Position numbers and translations under genes: made by a program. A stretch of DNA of 63,058 nt, the filler included, from Lenisia limosa (taxonomy: Eukaryota > Protista > Breviatea): the NCBI GenBank assembly GCA_001655205.1. It is 10 parts of 10 records of this genome, joined end to end, with 100 filler letters (N's around TTAATTAATTAA, not from the genome) between each part and the next. Parts side by side here need not be neighbours in the genome. Positions count along the whole stretch, not along the records: positions 1 to 19,351 come from LPNZ01008721.1; 9 more parts are not named here. One strand, given 5' to 3'. A model generated the notes under the pieces. It saw only the letters and a list, made by a program, of their open reading frames with translations, was not told where the DNA came from and searched no databases. Shown piece by piece: positions 1 to 15,100 of this stretch (the stretch's first letter is position 1; each line of letters opens with the position of its first letter).

Positions 1-106
1 ATAAACAAATTACCATTCCCCCTCGCACACGCTCCTTTACCCACATAATGCAGATGATATATTATATAATTCAATATATTATCACAATACACCTCTGGAT
101 TTTTAG

Positions 107-3100
107 TACAAAGCCCAAGCTACTTACCCCAAGATAACCCTCGTGTGTTTCTAGTAGAGTGTATTTTGAGCATTTTTGTTTCATCAAATTTTCTTTTTTC
201 TAGCCACTCCCAAATATAATATTATAGTTATTGACGGCCAGGAGTCTTGTATTGTTTTTGGAGAAGTTATCAGCTCCTATGACTCATCAAGTGTCATTCA
301 AATCAAGGTTTGGGGGGGGGGGGGGGNNNNNNNNNNNNNNNNNNNNNNNNNNNNNNNNNNNNNNNNNNNNNNNNNNNNNNNNNNNNNNNNNNNNNNNNNN
401 NNNNNNNNNNNNNNNNNNNNNNNNNNNNNNNNNNNNNNNGGTATAGCCATTTGTCTGGGTGGCACGTTTTCAGAGTGTTTCCTCTCTTGTCATATAATGT
501 ACCTGTATTTAATTTGTTTATTTGGCTAACTCTTTTACGGCTATCCGATCAGTCAGTCTTTAGGCAGTCTTTCATAAGCATAGTCGTGGTAAATAAATAA
601 ATAAATTCCTCTTCAGTGAGTCATCATCTTTACCCTCCTCCCCCGATGCGGTGCTGCAGAAGCCACTGGCCTGCCAGGCTTCGTTTATTTTGTTGTTATC
701 AACCCTCGTGTGCTGTTGAGCTTTTTTGTTTCGTAAATTTTCAATCTTCACCCCTCCCCCAACAGCCCCTTTCAGTGGATAATACCTTTACAAATACCAT
801 CTTCGATTCCATTTCCATCAGCGACCCCGACCCGCGTACCATCATGACCCTCGAAGTTACATTAAATGAACTGCAGTTCAACACCACTCTTGTTACCGAA
901 GGGGTTTGCTGGTGTTCTCGTATAACCAATCATAACGAATAGTGGGGCGGGGGATACTCTTTCGGTGCTCTGTATGGGACTTGTCAGTAGAACTGTCAGA
1001 TATCCCAATCTCTTTGACGGTGGCCGAAAGGGGATAAGCGAATAAACAGTTGATATTATCATTTCTGGATGTATTGTGTATGGATATTTATTAGTCTTCA
1101 ATTTGAGTTTTTGATTAGTATTCGCAAATATGTAATAATATAATATGATACGTACTCTACTGGCGTCTCAATTTACTTCTGTAGCTCTTTGAAACGGAGG
1201 TCTTCAACCTCTACGAGTTTGAAATTGATCTCTCGAATCTGAAGGTTTGCCAGCACCGCTTCTGTTGACAAAAGTGGTAGATAATGATTAAATCAGCCAC
1301 ACAGGCAGATTTTATCCAAATATTTTGCAAAGATTATATTCATTGTTAAGTTTTTACCCCTCTCAAAACTCATGAACAAGGTGAAAGGACTGTTACCTTC
1401 CATCAACGCGCTTCTCCCCAATATCAAAGCTAAAACTACCTTCAAATCCTCAACCATTGGCTTCAATATGGCACTTTCTGCTGATGATGGATGGACTGGT
1501 GCAATCTCAATTTCTGGTTTGTATGATATAGTACATGTTAACAAAACCGAAAAAAACTAAAAGTAATAATTTGGACTGGTGGATGAGTTACTTCGTTTGA
1601 ATAGAATGCTCTAAGTATATTAGAAATAAAAGTATATCATATTTCCCGTCACTTAAGGTGAACCACACTAACCAGACGCCAGGTGATGTTCTCTGCCCTG
1701 CATACAACCTCCAACCCTATGCTATCCAAAAGTATAGCCCGGCCATTCTGCACTTCTTCTTCGACCACCCCGTCTCTGCGACTGAAAAACCCGTTATCCC
1801 AGGGGTGGACGGTTTACCTTCCGCTGGTAGGGGAGGATACTGGCATTTTTCGGGACATTGAACCAGCAACACACTATGAAAATTGGTTTGGGTATTAGAC
1901 AGTTACTCGGATGGATTAGCCCCTCCATCCCTTCACCAACATAAGATATATGTAATACGATAATGAAATATAGCTTTTTTTATTAGAGCTTCACTTTCGG
2001 TTCCAAAAGACTAACAAAATATTATCGAGTATTTATCGAGAATTCAGTCTTTTTTGGAGCCGAAAGTGAAGCTATTTTTATGAATAGAAATAGAAAATTG
2101 TCCCTTATCTATGTAGCCATGGACCCAAACCAACAATATTGGTTCGCGTATTTTGTACGAGATCTTGATAGGGAAACCTACGTCTTGCAGCTGAATACCC
2201 TTTTCGCACAACAATTAATTGTTGGTGACTCCATCACCATCCCTGCTGGTGTGTTTTCGCTTTGCCAGGTTTGTGTGCTTCTCATATTACCTGCCTACTT
2301 CTTTTTTTATTAGGTGTGAATCAAATTGGAATGGGGTTTTTAGTTTTATGAATTGTCTATTTCTCTATTTTGGACTACTTGAATTCTTTGATTCTTCGTA
2401 ATTTGAGTTTTGAGATTCCCAGTATCATACTCATTTGACTGAAGACTCTGCTCACTCCCCTGTACATTAAAGTCATTCTTTATTAGCATCTAGGATGGAG
2501 TGTACAACAAGGAGTTCACTATGGTTATCGAAGACCACGAACGGAGAAATGACGTGTCAATGGTGGTCAGAGGAGATCCCGTCGTACCCGGCTGCCCACG
2601 CGTGAGAATGGGAGTACTTTAATCGAGTTTCGTTTACAAACAAATTAGGAGAAACAATAATACATTCTTTATAATCAAGGGAAACAATTACATAGAGATA
2701 CTATTTGAAAGATCTGCCCAATAGTGTGATTTCATATTTTCCTTACCCCTCCACAGAAATCTGCATTCCATGTTGTATTGGAGTATGACATTTCCTACAC
2801 TGTTGAGTGGACTTTGGAATCTAGCCTGCACTCTGTCGTGCCTATCACTGCCTCCTCGGCCGAAACCGTTTGCAGGGGCCATAATTAGCTTCACTTCGGT
2901 TCGGTAAAATATCGATAAATTACGAAGATTTATCGAGGTTTTCAGTCTTTTTTTGAACCAAAGTGAAGCCCTAGTCATAATTTTCAGCAAAATAGATTTT
3001 ATCTGTATATTGCCAGTTGGAACCCTGGAAACTGTTTAAATTGGTATGTATTATATATTTTAAAGGGGGGGTGAAGCTAGGTTACATTATTTGGAAAGAC

Positions 3101-6100
3101 CTTCCACAATACAAATGGAATAATATGTAACAGCACGGTTATAGCTATTCTTTCTATTTCTCCTTGTGTGGACGGCTTCGGCCAGATACTACCTTATTTT
3201 ATTTATCATTGCTATATAAATCTCTTTGTATTTTTGTTATATTCTCTTAACCATTTAGTTTGTTGTGGAGTTTAAGGAGGCAATCACGGTCGAAATGTAT
3301 ATTACCGTCAAGGCAACTGTTCAATTCACCTACGGGGGCAGTCAGGTTCGCGTTTGAGAGCAAGATTGAGACTTTCTTCATTTCAAAAAACGATTACTCT
3401 CTCAATATCTCGATATCGAAGAATGATGTCAATCAAACCCAAAAATAAACCCATAAATACAATCTAATATGGCACATATCCGACATCTGAATTTGAAAAG
3501 TAAAAAAATAAGGGGGGTATTGGGTCAGACCTTAGAGTTCTGAGCCGAAATATTGGGAAAACAGACCTGTCTTTAATACTACCAACTTTTTCTATTTCAC
3601 CATTTTGATTTTCACTGTAACAAAAAACCTCAACATCTTTCTCTTTTGACCCCTTAGTACACCAAATCGAACAAGTTTGAACAGTTGATTACATTCCCCG
3701 AGCTTCCTGGTGTCTTTGTTCAGGCATTTGATTCCTTATATGTAAGCCCAGTTTGTGTGTATCATATTATATATCGTGCATATGATATGTATATGAATGC
3801 CATATGATATGTTTCAATTTTCTTCACCCTGATAAGAAGGTCATAATCACGTGTTGTTTTGTTTTCCCTCGTCTACTTAATCTCGCAACCCTTATCACTG
3901 AAGTCTCATTATCATCAAATTCTCATCATATTTAAATTGAGGATAGCAGCAACTTTCATTAGTATTTTATCCTCATACATTTCGATCAAATTTTTTTTTT
4001 CAAATGTTATGCTATATGCTCACTGTGACAGGAAACCATTCGTCTCAACCCACTTGTCGTTCCCTCAACATGTGCCTCTGATCCCTCCCTTCCAATCTCC
4101 TATAAATACACCTCCGAAGACTTCAAGGTCTTACGCTCTGAAGGGTCTGAAGTTGACCTCCAGGTCTGAAAGCATTCCACATCTCTTTGACTAGAGTTTT
4201 AATTGATTTCCTCAGGGTCGCTATCATATACATTATGATGTGCTTTTTGTTGCATCCCCCCCCCCTCTTATAGTATTATGGTCAACGAAGTAAATCCCCA
4301 CTCTCTCCCGATTTATACCCTTAAATTGACTTTGACCCTTCCTACCATCCTCTTATTGGCATAGTTTCAACAAGATCCGAATCTAGGGTTGATTACATCG
4401 AGATATATACGTTATATCAATATATATAGAATACAATGATATCGACTTCCTTATGTGTTTGCGTGGTGTTAACTACTCTTTAGTTGAAAAGTAGATATGA
4501 TGATTTCTATGCCACCATCAGCAATGGAATTGTGGAGAAAAGTAACAGGCTTTACTTCAGCACCAATGTTGGATCTAGTTTTACCACCAATTTTGTGGTT
4601 GGTGGGATTGTATTATTGTTTTGCAGTCTTGCTTGAAACAAGATGCACTTTTATAATAAACATTCATTTTACCCCCTTATCATGCATTACCATGCTTACC
4701 ATTTCAGAGAAACTCCGTCATCCTGAGAGAGTTTTCCGAAGGATACTTAGACCTCAATTTCACGGGATCTTCTTTCATCAATCAGGAAGAAGAAACAAAT
4801 ATTTAGTGGGGGGGAGGGGTTAAAAAGTTAAAGGTTATTCTCAACAGTTGGTCATTGTTACAATTATTTGATTTGGTAACACTCTGTTATACATATCATA
4901 TAATATTTATTTATTTATTTCAATAGTTATTACTGCAATTTCTACCCGGAGTATTTGAGTTCCTACGACCGTGCTATTCAAAAGACGCCTTTACCAATAA
5001 CTGTTTCCTCAAGGACAGTACCGAACTCTTACCTATGATCGGTATGCTGATTTTTCTCTTTTCCAGCGTTGTCTTCTAATAGTAATTCTAAGTTTCCTCG
5101 AATATGGCCATTATTCAATTTTTAGATGGTGCCATTTACGTTCCTCTTGAACAGGTGCCCCGTGGCTATTACGACTTCCATGTATTCTGGGAGCTGGTTT
5201 GATTTGAGTTGTTGTTTGTTACCTTAGCACAAAACTTATCTCACATTTCACCAATCTCTAAAAAACGTGGCGTTATTCAGTGTTAAAATATTGTCGATTT
5301 TTGATGCAGAGTGAATATCATGTCATATCATATAGTATAAGTAGTTGATAACATTTTGTCCTAAAACACCAGTACAGGCAACCCGCTCTTTCCTTGAGGC
5401 TGATACTCGTAGGTGAAGCTCGTTAGTGGCCGTACGAATCGCATTGTGAGATATGACTTTACTGTGGTTGCTCCAGGCACCAAAGATGCCCATGTTTTAG
5501 TGTAAGTTGTCCAATACCGTTGAGTGTACCAAGCCTATGCTTTACGCATGATCTAATCAAGAGATTCAATTCGGTTCTCAAAAAAGACGGAATTCACCTT
5601 TCAAAATCAGAAAAAATTTTGTCTTTGAACCAAAAGTTAAATTCAGATCGAAAACCACAATCTGCTCATAATTACCCCATCCTAAACATTTATTCATTTC
5701 ATTGTTCATAGGGAACGAACAGGTCATTTGGGCGAATCAGTCTATACCATTTCCGTTTTTCCATCAAGCAGCCTGAAGCCCAAGATCGACAGGTTTGATT
5801 TAATTGATTTATTCATATTAGTAATGTGACTTTCCAAGCTCTAATAGTTGATTATTTTTTACCCTTCATATTTCAAAATAAACAAAAAAAAAAGGATCAT
5901 TCCTGTATCATCATCTCCTTTGTTTATACATATGTATATGATATAGTATACCAAGTATTTGTGTATTACATTATGCTCTTTACCAATTTCAAATATCCTG
6001 GACGTACATAAAATATGTACATGTACATGTTATGTACTCCACTCTGTTTTCTGTAGCAAACTTTTTTTTGAATAATTAATCAATAATTGGTGATTAATTC

Positions 6101-9100
6101 ATTCGCAATGGTATGACCCTCATCACCTCCCAGCGTGAAATGGTTTATTTCGGGAGCCTCTGCAGAAGTTGAGGCCATTTTCAACCAGGTTGCTCGCGGT
6201 TTGAGTTTCGAATTTGAAACAGGACTACCCCTTGCTGACTGGTATGCACTACTACTACCCTACCAGTATTCTTTATAAACAGTATATTAATGTGTGATAC
6301 GTTCTTCAATCATTATTTTAAAAATCAAGCTTTTCCCGCTCTGACCAACATATCTGATCACCCATAATATACACTACTTCAACAACATTCGCACAGTCAA
6401 CCTCAGATCTGCCCATAATCTCATGACAACTGCTCCCTAATCTCTCCAGTTTTGTCTACGCTGAAGTAACTATGGGTGGCGTTGTTTCTGAGTCCACACA
6501 CGGCAGTCTTGTGTATGAGGGGAGGGAGTGGGGGTAAAAACAACTGGCTAAATTTGAATTCTTTTAATTTTTACCTCTATTTTTCATTTTGAAGCAGCAT
6601 TTTTTAATATTATAAATAATTAATATGAAAAATAGTGTAATGTAGCAGCCTTTTTTTGCGTAAAATTTATTATGAATGCTTCTATTTCGAATATCATTGC
6701 GTATTATCTCAGTTCTACATATGAGTAATANNNNNNNNNNNNNNNNNNNNNNNNNNNGTTGAATTGCTTGCCCTTTCAAATTGAGTATTGTGTCTGTAAT
6801 ATCCTGATGACCAAACCACCAAGTAGTATCCAATTAATGTTGCTCAATTAATCACCGTTCTGACTTTTAGATTAATCAAGCGTTTACTTCTTTCCAGTCC
6901 AATAGTATAGCTTTTAACAACCTCGTTACTAATTCCTTTAGCTATGTTGAAGAAGACTCCTACTTTTGTGCTGTTTTGCCTGACTCGGGAACAGCCCTAA
7001 GCACCCCCTTCTATCTCGCTGATGGTGATGCCTACATGGATGAAGAATCCTACTATGAGTAGGCATTTAACAGAAAAGGAATGTATTTTCCGAGCATACA
7101 TGCACATGTACTACATACATAGCTACATATCATATGTATAATATACGATATTATGTATCATCTATTTAACATTTGGTCTGTCAATTGCAATTGGATTCTC
7201 TACATATTTCTAATATTCCTAGGATGAGCTTCTTTTATGTCAACACCCACGACGAAGTTCTTTTCCTCAGTCGCCCTGAAGCCACTGCTCTCCGAGTTTA
7301 TCGTCTCATGAATGGTAAACTGGGGTGTGTTTGATGCTGATGCGTGATAAATGTGACACAACCCTAATACCCTCCCAGCCAAGCACATTGGTATTTCTGC
7401 CATGGAAGTGGACGAATCATACTTTGCAATGCGCTCGGTAAGCTTTCCCGTAACCTTCAATACTGTTTAAAAAGTCACATTAATGCTCCCTCTCTGTTTC
7501 GAAATGGATTATCTCTGGGGTGCATAACAAACATATTTGTTCAGTATTCACGCTGAAAGGTATCTGTGGCTCCCCACCCTCGCCCTCTTGCTGAGTTAAA
7601 GAAAATGATGACACAATCCTTCACTGAGGGCTATGCTTTTCTTGAGAACGTAGCTTTACTTGCCCGCGAAGTCCTATTCGACCTCAGAGACTCAGCTGAC
7701 CTCACTTCAGCTGAGGTGATTTTGTAATTGTAACAGTTTTTATCTAGTGTTGTACCATATTTTCTTTCTTGTCGCAATCCATTTGCTTTTCTTTGTTTTT
7801 GTTTTTTTGGCAGTAAAGTCCCTATTGAAACTAGGATCATTGATTAAATCTCCTCATTTATATCACCTCATTTATACATCCTAATAGTACCAGCGCATAG
7901 ATAAACCTCTATATTTTTCATCTATTACTCCCCCTATGGTGCACTCTGTTCCTCAAAATGACCCTCGTATTTGGATTATTAGTGTAATGTCATAATACCT
8001 ACATTTATCATTTTCCTTTTCCAAGCAATTTTCATATTTTTACAGGAAGTTATGGAGATGTTGCTCGCGAATATTGACTTGAGTGGCTATAAAATCCTCA
8101 CCAATCTTGACAACCTCTTGGGATCATCCTATGGTAGGAATTGGTACAATCTCAAATTGTTTCTTTGGATCCCAAGAATTACTATAGTTCATGGAAAACT
8201 ACTCAAACCCTTCTAGGTATCAACGTGAAAAGTGCCCAGACCATCTTCGATCTTCTTATCAAAGGACTTGAGGAGGATAACTATCTTCCAAACATTCGCT
8301 TCCATCGTGACATTGTTGTAGGCGGACTTTTATTAAAACAGCAAAAATGGTCAAGAATGTAGATTTTTTGGTTCATTACTGTTTTCTTTTAATTGATATT
8401 ATTGTTCAAAAACCAAATATAAACTATTAATCAATTAGCATGTGACTCGCATTGTTGATAAGTTGGTTCTCTACCTTGCCTCAAATGATGTCGACACAAA
8501 TGATCTTGTCTTCAAATTGGCTGACACAATCCGCGGTGTGGTGTCGAAAATGCCTGTCTCTGAGCACACTGAGTACTTCAAACGCGGCTTGACGGAACTT
8601 GAGATGCTGAACCTTCCAGTCCACCACTTGGTTTGTGGCAATGTATTAGTACAACCGCAGAGTTATTATGTGCCTTTTTATGCACATGTGTTTTTATGAT
8701 TGTAGGATAACATCAATATTGGAGGAATGAGCATCGATGTTAACTCCTCAAGCATTGTTGAATCTGATCAATTCCTTGCGGTAGGATCTCTGACCTCTTA
8801 TCCAAATTTAAAAAAATCTTTTACAGTACTTTTAATATATACTTTTTTTTAGTTCGCTGCGTTCAGTGCGCCACTGACCTACACCACGTCTGCTGTCCCC
8901 ATAGCAAAGACCCTCAGCAATATGCTTCTTGTTGCTCCCAAGAAAACCACATCCGCGTTCAAGGCAACTGTCACCATTCCTGTTACCGAAAACGTTGCTG
9001 CAATTTGTGACGGTTGTGAAGTTCAGTGCCTGTCCTTCCTCGGTTTGCTGATCCTGGTTTTCGTCTTAAAAATATATCATTTCACAATTTATATTACTCT

Positions 9101-12100
9101 ATTGCAATCAAAACTATGCGTCAATGTTGTATTCTAATTCACCGTTGTAGCTGGAGGCTACTCGTGGGTTATGACCGACCCGGCAACCATCAATGAGGGC
9201 AATATTGAGTGCCCAGTTTCAAGCCAAACTGCCTTGATTATTGCTGTCGCTGCTACACCCCCTGTTGAATGCAAAGTATGATAATATAAAAAGTTCTTGA
9301 CTAGTTCTATGTATTTTTTTTTTTGCAATATTGTCAATGAGATTGGTAGTATTAAAATCCGCATATTTATGTCTCTGAAAAGGTTAATCTGTACCACTTT
9401 CTATACCATCTAATATTTAGGATCACAAAGATTGCGGAACTTGCACCGAGGGTCTTTGTTCTTTCAACACTGTCACTGGAAAATGTACTGACAACTTTGA
9501 CCTTCCCAACAACGTTCAAGTGGTTATCCCAGGAACCTGCCCTGAAGATCTTGCTTGCCCGAACTATGAAAACTGCTACTCTTGCCTCCAGGTTTGAATA
9601 TGTAGCAGAATAGAGTTAATTTTTTTGAACCTGGTTCTTTTAATTTTCTCAGGTGGATGGCTGCCGCTATTCTTCTACTCAAGGGGAATGTGTCCATTTC
9701 ACTAGTCCTTATGAATCAATGACAAACCTGATGCAATGTCCTATTTCTGGTATGAGTGACTCCTTTGAAAATTACGCAACTGAATTCGTTGTTTTTTCTG
9801 TCAAAGCATTTTGTTCCTTATTACTTTTTTCAGTGAACTGCACTCAGTTCTCCTGTGCCAGCTGTTTCCTCAATGAGGAATGTGTTTTCGACTTGCCATC
9901 GCGCAACTGTGTTCCTTTTAATCAGAATGAAACGTTACCAATTTCTGATATTGACACCTGTCTGGACCCTTATGATTGCAATGTGGGTGTTTTCGTTTTA
10001 TTCATCTTGGAATGAAACTGGATTCTTTTCTATTAGTCTCTCTTTTTAACTCATCAAAAAAATAGTTAATTGGTGCATTTTTTACTTTATAGAAATGTGG
10101 AGTAGGACAATGTAATCCTCTTGGAGGCTGTATTTGCCCAGACGGCTACAGTGGTGTTGATGAATGCAAAAGTCAGTGGTATAGACAGTGACTGGACTGG
10201 ACTTAGTCTTGACCGATTTGCTATGTGATTTCCCAAGGAAAATCAGTCAAGACTTATCTTACACTGTATTTAATAATATGAAATATAGTATCATATTTTT
10301 CTAACCTGCTCAGCTCTTGATATTGTGCTGGATATTGAGATCAAGGCGGACTCAATGAATTACATCATCGGATGGGGTATTGATGACGCTTCATATACCG
10401 GCACTCTTCCGGAAGTAACTTTGACAATTTATGGAACTGATTACACCATCCTTTCCTCTCAGAAGTATCTCTCAGTCCAGGTTTGTCTTAACTGGTATTT
10501 TTGAGATTGGTCCATTTCATTTTCTGACGTAATAGATTCTTCATGCTTGGTCTGCAGCTGCTCCCGAGTTTGAAATTTCTTCCTCTTTGGCATTCCCATC
10601 TGTCACATACTCCGGTTCCTCTTTCAATGCCTCTCTCCTCCACTGTAATGAAACGCGGAGTGTGGACCTCTGTTCTGTGATTGGCTGCACCCTTTGTCCC
10701 CTTCTTGAATGTGTTGATACTGTTGACCTCTGTACCTCTATGCCTGCCCCCACTACTCGTGTGGTGGAAGCGGCTTACTCAGCTATCATTTCGTGGAACA
10801 ACATCATTGGGCTCAAGTATCGCATTTCTAACTCAACTCACGTTATTGTGTCTAATTTGACCTCAGCTTCTTATGAGATTTCTGGCCTTGAACCGTTCAC
10901 CGATTACAGCTTCTTCGTTAACTCTGTCTCCTCAAGTTCCTTTGTTTCAGAAAACGCAGTTGTCAGCTTCAAAACTCTTCCTGTACCTGGAGCTCCAGTC
11001 ACTAACCTGACAGTGTCATCTATAACTGCTAGCACGGTCACTGTGGCATGGGTAGCTTCAATCTCACCAGAGGTCACTGAGTACTGGGTAACTTTGAGCA
11101 CAGGTAATTGGCAGTTTACGGAGTCCACCAGTCTGACTGAGGTGGTTATGAATGTCCCTTCCAATTCAAACGTGTTTGTAGCTGTCCACTCCTACAATGG
11201 ACAGTTGTTCTCTGAGGCGGTTGTCTCATCATTCACCACCCCTCTCCCCTCTATCCCAACTCCCTACACTCCCATTGTCAGCTATATCACCGATCAATCA
11301 GCTTTCATTACAATCTTGAACAATGATCAAACCTACGATCTTGTCTTCACTGTTGTTGATATCATGGCTAACACTAACACTACGTCCGACCTTTCTGGTG
11401 TTCGTCCTATTTCTGAACTTTCTTCTCTGACTGAATATTCCGTTTCTGCCCAGGCATGTCGTTCACCTTCTGACTGTTCTCATAGCTCAACCTCGACTCT
11501 GTTTACTACCCTTCAGAGCAAGCCAACAGCAGCTACTAACATTACTGTTACCGATCGCTCAGAGACTCATCTCGCTATTTCCTGGATTCCTGGTAATTTT
11601 ACTGAGTACTATAACGTGGGTATCGTATCCGCGGATAAAACTATTGCTACCTTCTTCCATACTTCCAAGTCAAGTGCTGTTTTCCAGAACCTCTCTCCTG
11701 CGACTACCTTCACCATCAAGGTTGTTGGAATGTCACGGGTGGGCTCTTCAGCTGCTATTTCTCATGAAGCCATCACTAAACGCCTCGCACCAGTTATGCA
11801 GGTTATCGTTTCTGACCCTGACAATCTTGATAATATTCTCTCCGTTGGTGATGTTTTCACTACTACTTTCTCTGAAGCCACCAACTCTCCCCCCTGCTTC
11901 AGCCTTTCCTGCGATGTTGACATTTCAAGTATTGGATTCGCTACTGAATGGACTTCCACATCTGTTGTCCAACAAACTGTCGCAAGTATCACACTGAACC
12001 AACCCGAGCCGCTTATCGGACTGACCACGTGCACCCCCAATGTAGCATGCCCAGTCACCTCTCACGATGCGGAGAGTGCAGCTGTCACTGCTTCTGTTGC

Positions 12101-15100
12101 CATTTCGGGAACCTGGGGTGACAAGGCAACCGTTTTGACCCTAATTACCGATAACACCGTCACTATCGATGAAGACGTGTCTGCTGCTGTGTATCCTGAA
12201 GTTTCTTCAGATACTGAAATTCCTGCTTCTTCAGTATCCCTTCTTTCCGTCTCCTGTGTTGGAGACTGTTCCGTATCTGCTTCAGGCCAGCCTTGGGCGT
12301 CCACTAGCACCATTATAGACTCCTACGCCAATATTCTCACCCTATTTTCATTCGGAATTAGACTCCAAGCTGCTCCGCAGAGTACCGCCTCCTTCCAGGT
12401 CAAGATCAACCTTTCTGTTGACGGGTTAGAGTCTGAGTCCGTTATCGCAGTCCATGTCACTCCTGCTCCTGACGCTTTTGTTGTCACCAAGCCTTCAACA
12501 ATCCCTCTGGTAACTGCTGTTGGCGGAGTCTTCTTGGAAGGTCTGACCATCTCCGATGTTGACGCTACTGGAACTTACAGTTTCTCACTTCAAGTGACCG
12601 ATTCGTCAGCAGCCTCGATTTCCCTCACCCAGGAGCAGTGTCCTTCCGGAATTGTCATGGTGACTGAAATTATCACTGTTGCTTCTGGCTCACTTACTCA
12701 TATTGAGTGCGTTATCGCCCACCTTTCTTTGATTCCTCTTCCTGAGGGAATTTCAGCTGGAGTTGTTGTGACTGAGGTTAGTCTTCTTGACTATGGTGCT
12801 CTTTCTGCGGGTTTAATGGGCTCCCGTGTTTCCTTCAAGCTTCCGGTCCACATTTCATGCTCAGGTCTTGCTGTAGCAAACCTTCTCTCAGCGAACCTTC
12901 TGGCTGATATGTCCATCATGCTCAAATTTGACCGCAGTGTTTCCACTGACTTTGTCTTTGCACCAGTTTCTGCCGCACTTGATTCAGATACTGTGGCTCT
13001 GTTAGGCACTGATGCGTATATCATTGCTGAATCAGACGGTTCATTCATGGTCTTCCCCGGCCATGGTGCAACATTCGTAGTTTCGTCACCAATCACCATC
13101 TTACCAAACGCTTTTTACACTTGCCCTGGCGAAAGCTTCTCCAGTGGCACTGTGGAGCTTCTCCCTCCTGAAACTCCCTTAATCCCCACTCTGTCTCTTC
13201 TTGGACCTAAAACACTTCCCGTCTGTAACACTGGTATCAAGATTCTTGCCGCTACTTCAGGTTTAGGCGGCCGCCCTGCTAGCTTAATCTTCTCTGCTGA
13301 CGACTCCCTCATGTTTTCCAAGGCTGTGACTTCGGAATCTGGGTTGATCACCGTTCCTTCTAGTGCTCTCCTCCCTGGAACCACTTACACATTCACCGCA
13401 TCTGTTACAAATCTCTTTGGTAAAACATCGATGGCTAGCCACTCGGTCAGCATTGATGCCTTCAATGTTCCACAGGTTACTGCCTCTCCTGAAATGGGTG
13501 AGTTTGATGCTGGAACTAACACTAGAGTTGCTGCGAGCGTGGAAGTCTCCGATTGTTTACCTGAAGATATGAGACGTGTGGTTTTCCAATGGACTGCCGA
13601 CCCCATCAACCTTATCACCGGATCTCTTGATCAGTTCGCCACCACCATTGACACCGCTGCCCTTTCCTTTGGTCAAACCGGAACTGTCAACGTTACCGTC
13701 ACCTCCGCTGCCATGTCTGACCTCTCTACAACGTCCACCATGAGTTTCACTCGTTCTCCAATTGCACCCAGTGCCAATATCGCTGGTGGCATCCAACGTA
13801 GTCCAAGACAAAGTGCTATTCTTACTATGGATGCGTCTGCATCAAAGGCCTTCGATGGCACTCTTTCTTACACTTGGACGTGCGTGTCCCTTCCTTCAAT
13901 GTTCCCTTGTACCGACCGGTTCGATGAGCCTCTGTCATTACCTACCTCAGCTATTTTTGATATTCCCGCTACAAGCCTCTCCCTTGGTATCTACTCTTTC
14001 ACTGTTTCTGTCACCGACTCGCTCAATGGCCTTTCCGCTAACTATTTCCAGTTCATCATTCCTAAGGAAGGTTCTGTTCCTGAAGTCACCATCAGACAGA
14101 CTGCCACTGTCATCAACTCGGATGACACTATCGTACTCCTTGCCAGCGCCACCTCCGAGTACAGTCAGAATGTTTTGAGCTTCGAATGGTCCTCTGCCGA
14201 TATCGACCTGAGTCAAATGGCCCCAACTGTTAACTCTCCTCTTCTTTCTCTGTCATCTTCGTCATTCACTGCTGGCCAGGATATTTCGGTCACCTGTAGT
14301 GTTACTGATCCAGCCGGTCTTACTGGAACTACTAAGGCTGGTTTCTTAATCAACGCTGCCCCTTATGGCGGCTCTATCCACAAATCAGTTGAATCCGTAG
14401 ATGCTGTTATAGGACTCGTTACTCTGACTACCTTCAACTGGGAAGATCGCGAGGGCGGTGCTATTACCTACCAATGGGCTGTTCAAAATGGTCCTGTTAT
14501 GACAGTTCTTTCTGATGTATCCCTGAAACGACAGGTTACAGTGTCTGTTCCAGAGCCCTCTTCTGGTTCATCAGTCACGATTGTCGTTATCGCTCGTGAC
14601 AATATGGGAGCGATTGGAATGGCGTCTTCTCAACTCGTTGTCACTTCTCCTCTTTCTGGTGTACCTGAAGCGGATGCTATTTTAGCACTTGGAGAAGCGA
14701 AAAAGACATTGTCCAACACAGGAAACCCCGAGCAAGCCCTCTCTTTCGTCAGCACTGTCCTTGAAACCAAGATTGACAGCTCAAGAAGAATGTCTTCATC
14801 CCTGGTCACCGAACTGACCGGTATTCTCTCTTCTGTCTCTGAATTCACCCAAGCCACCACTGTTCTGGACCTGGCCTGTGAACTGTCTTCTAAGGTGTAT
14901 TCTCTTGATGACAATGCTCTTGCTCTTTTGGAGATAATCCAAGCCAGCCTCGTTGAACTGAGAACTATGACCATCCCCTTAGTTGACCGCCTGAACGCAA
15001 TTGAGGATGTTCTTCGAGTGGCTCTTGAAAGCCTTGATAAAACGTCCATACGCCGTTCTCCAGTAGAAAGCACCGACTCTGTTATCAGCATTCTGAGAGC

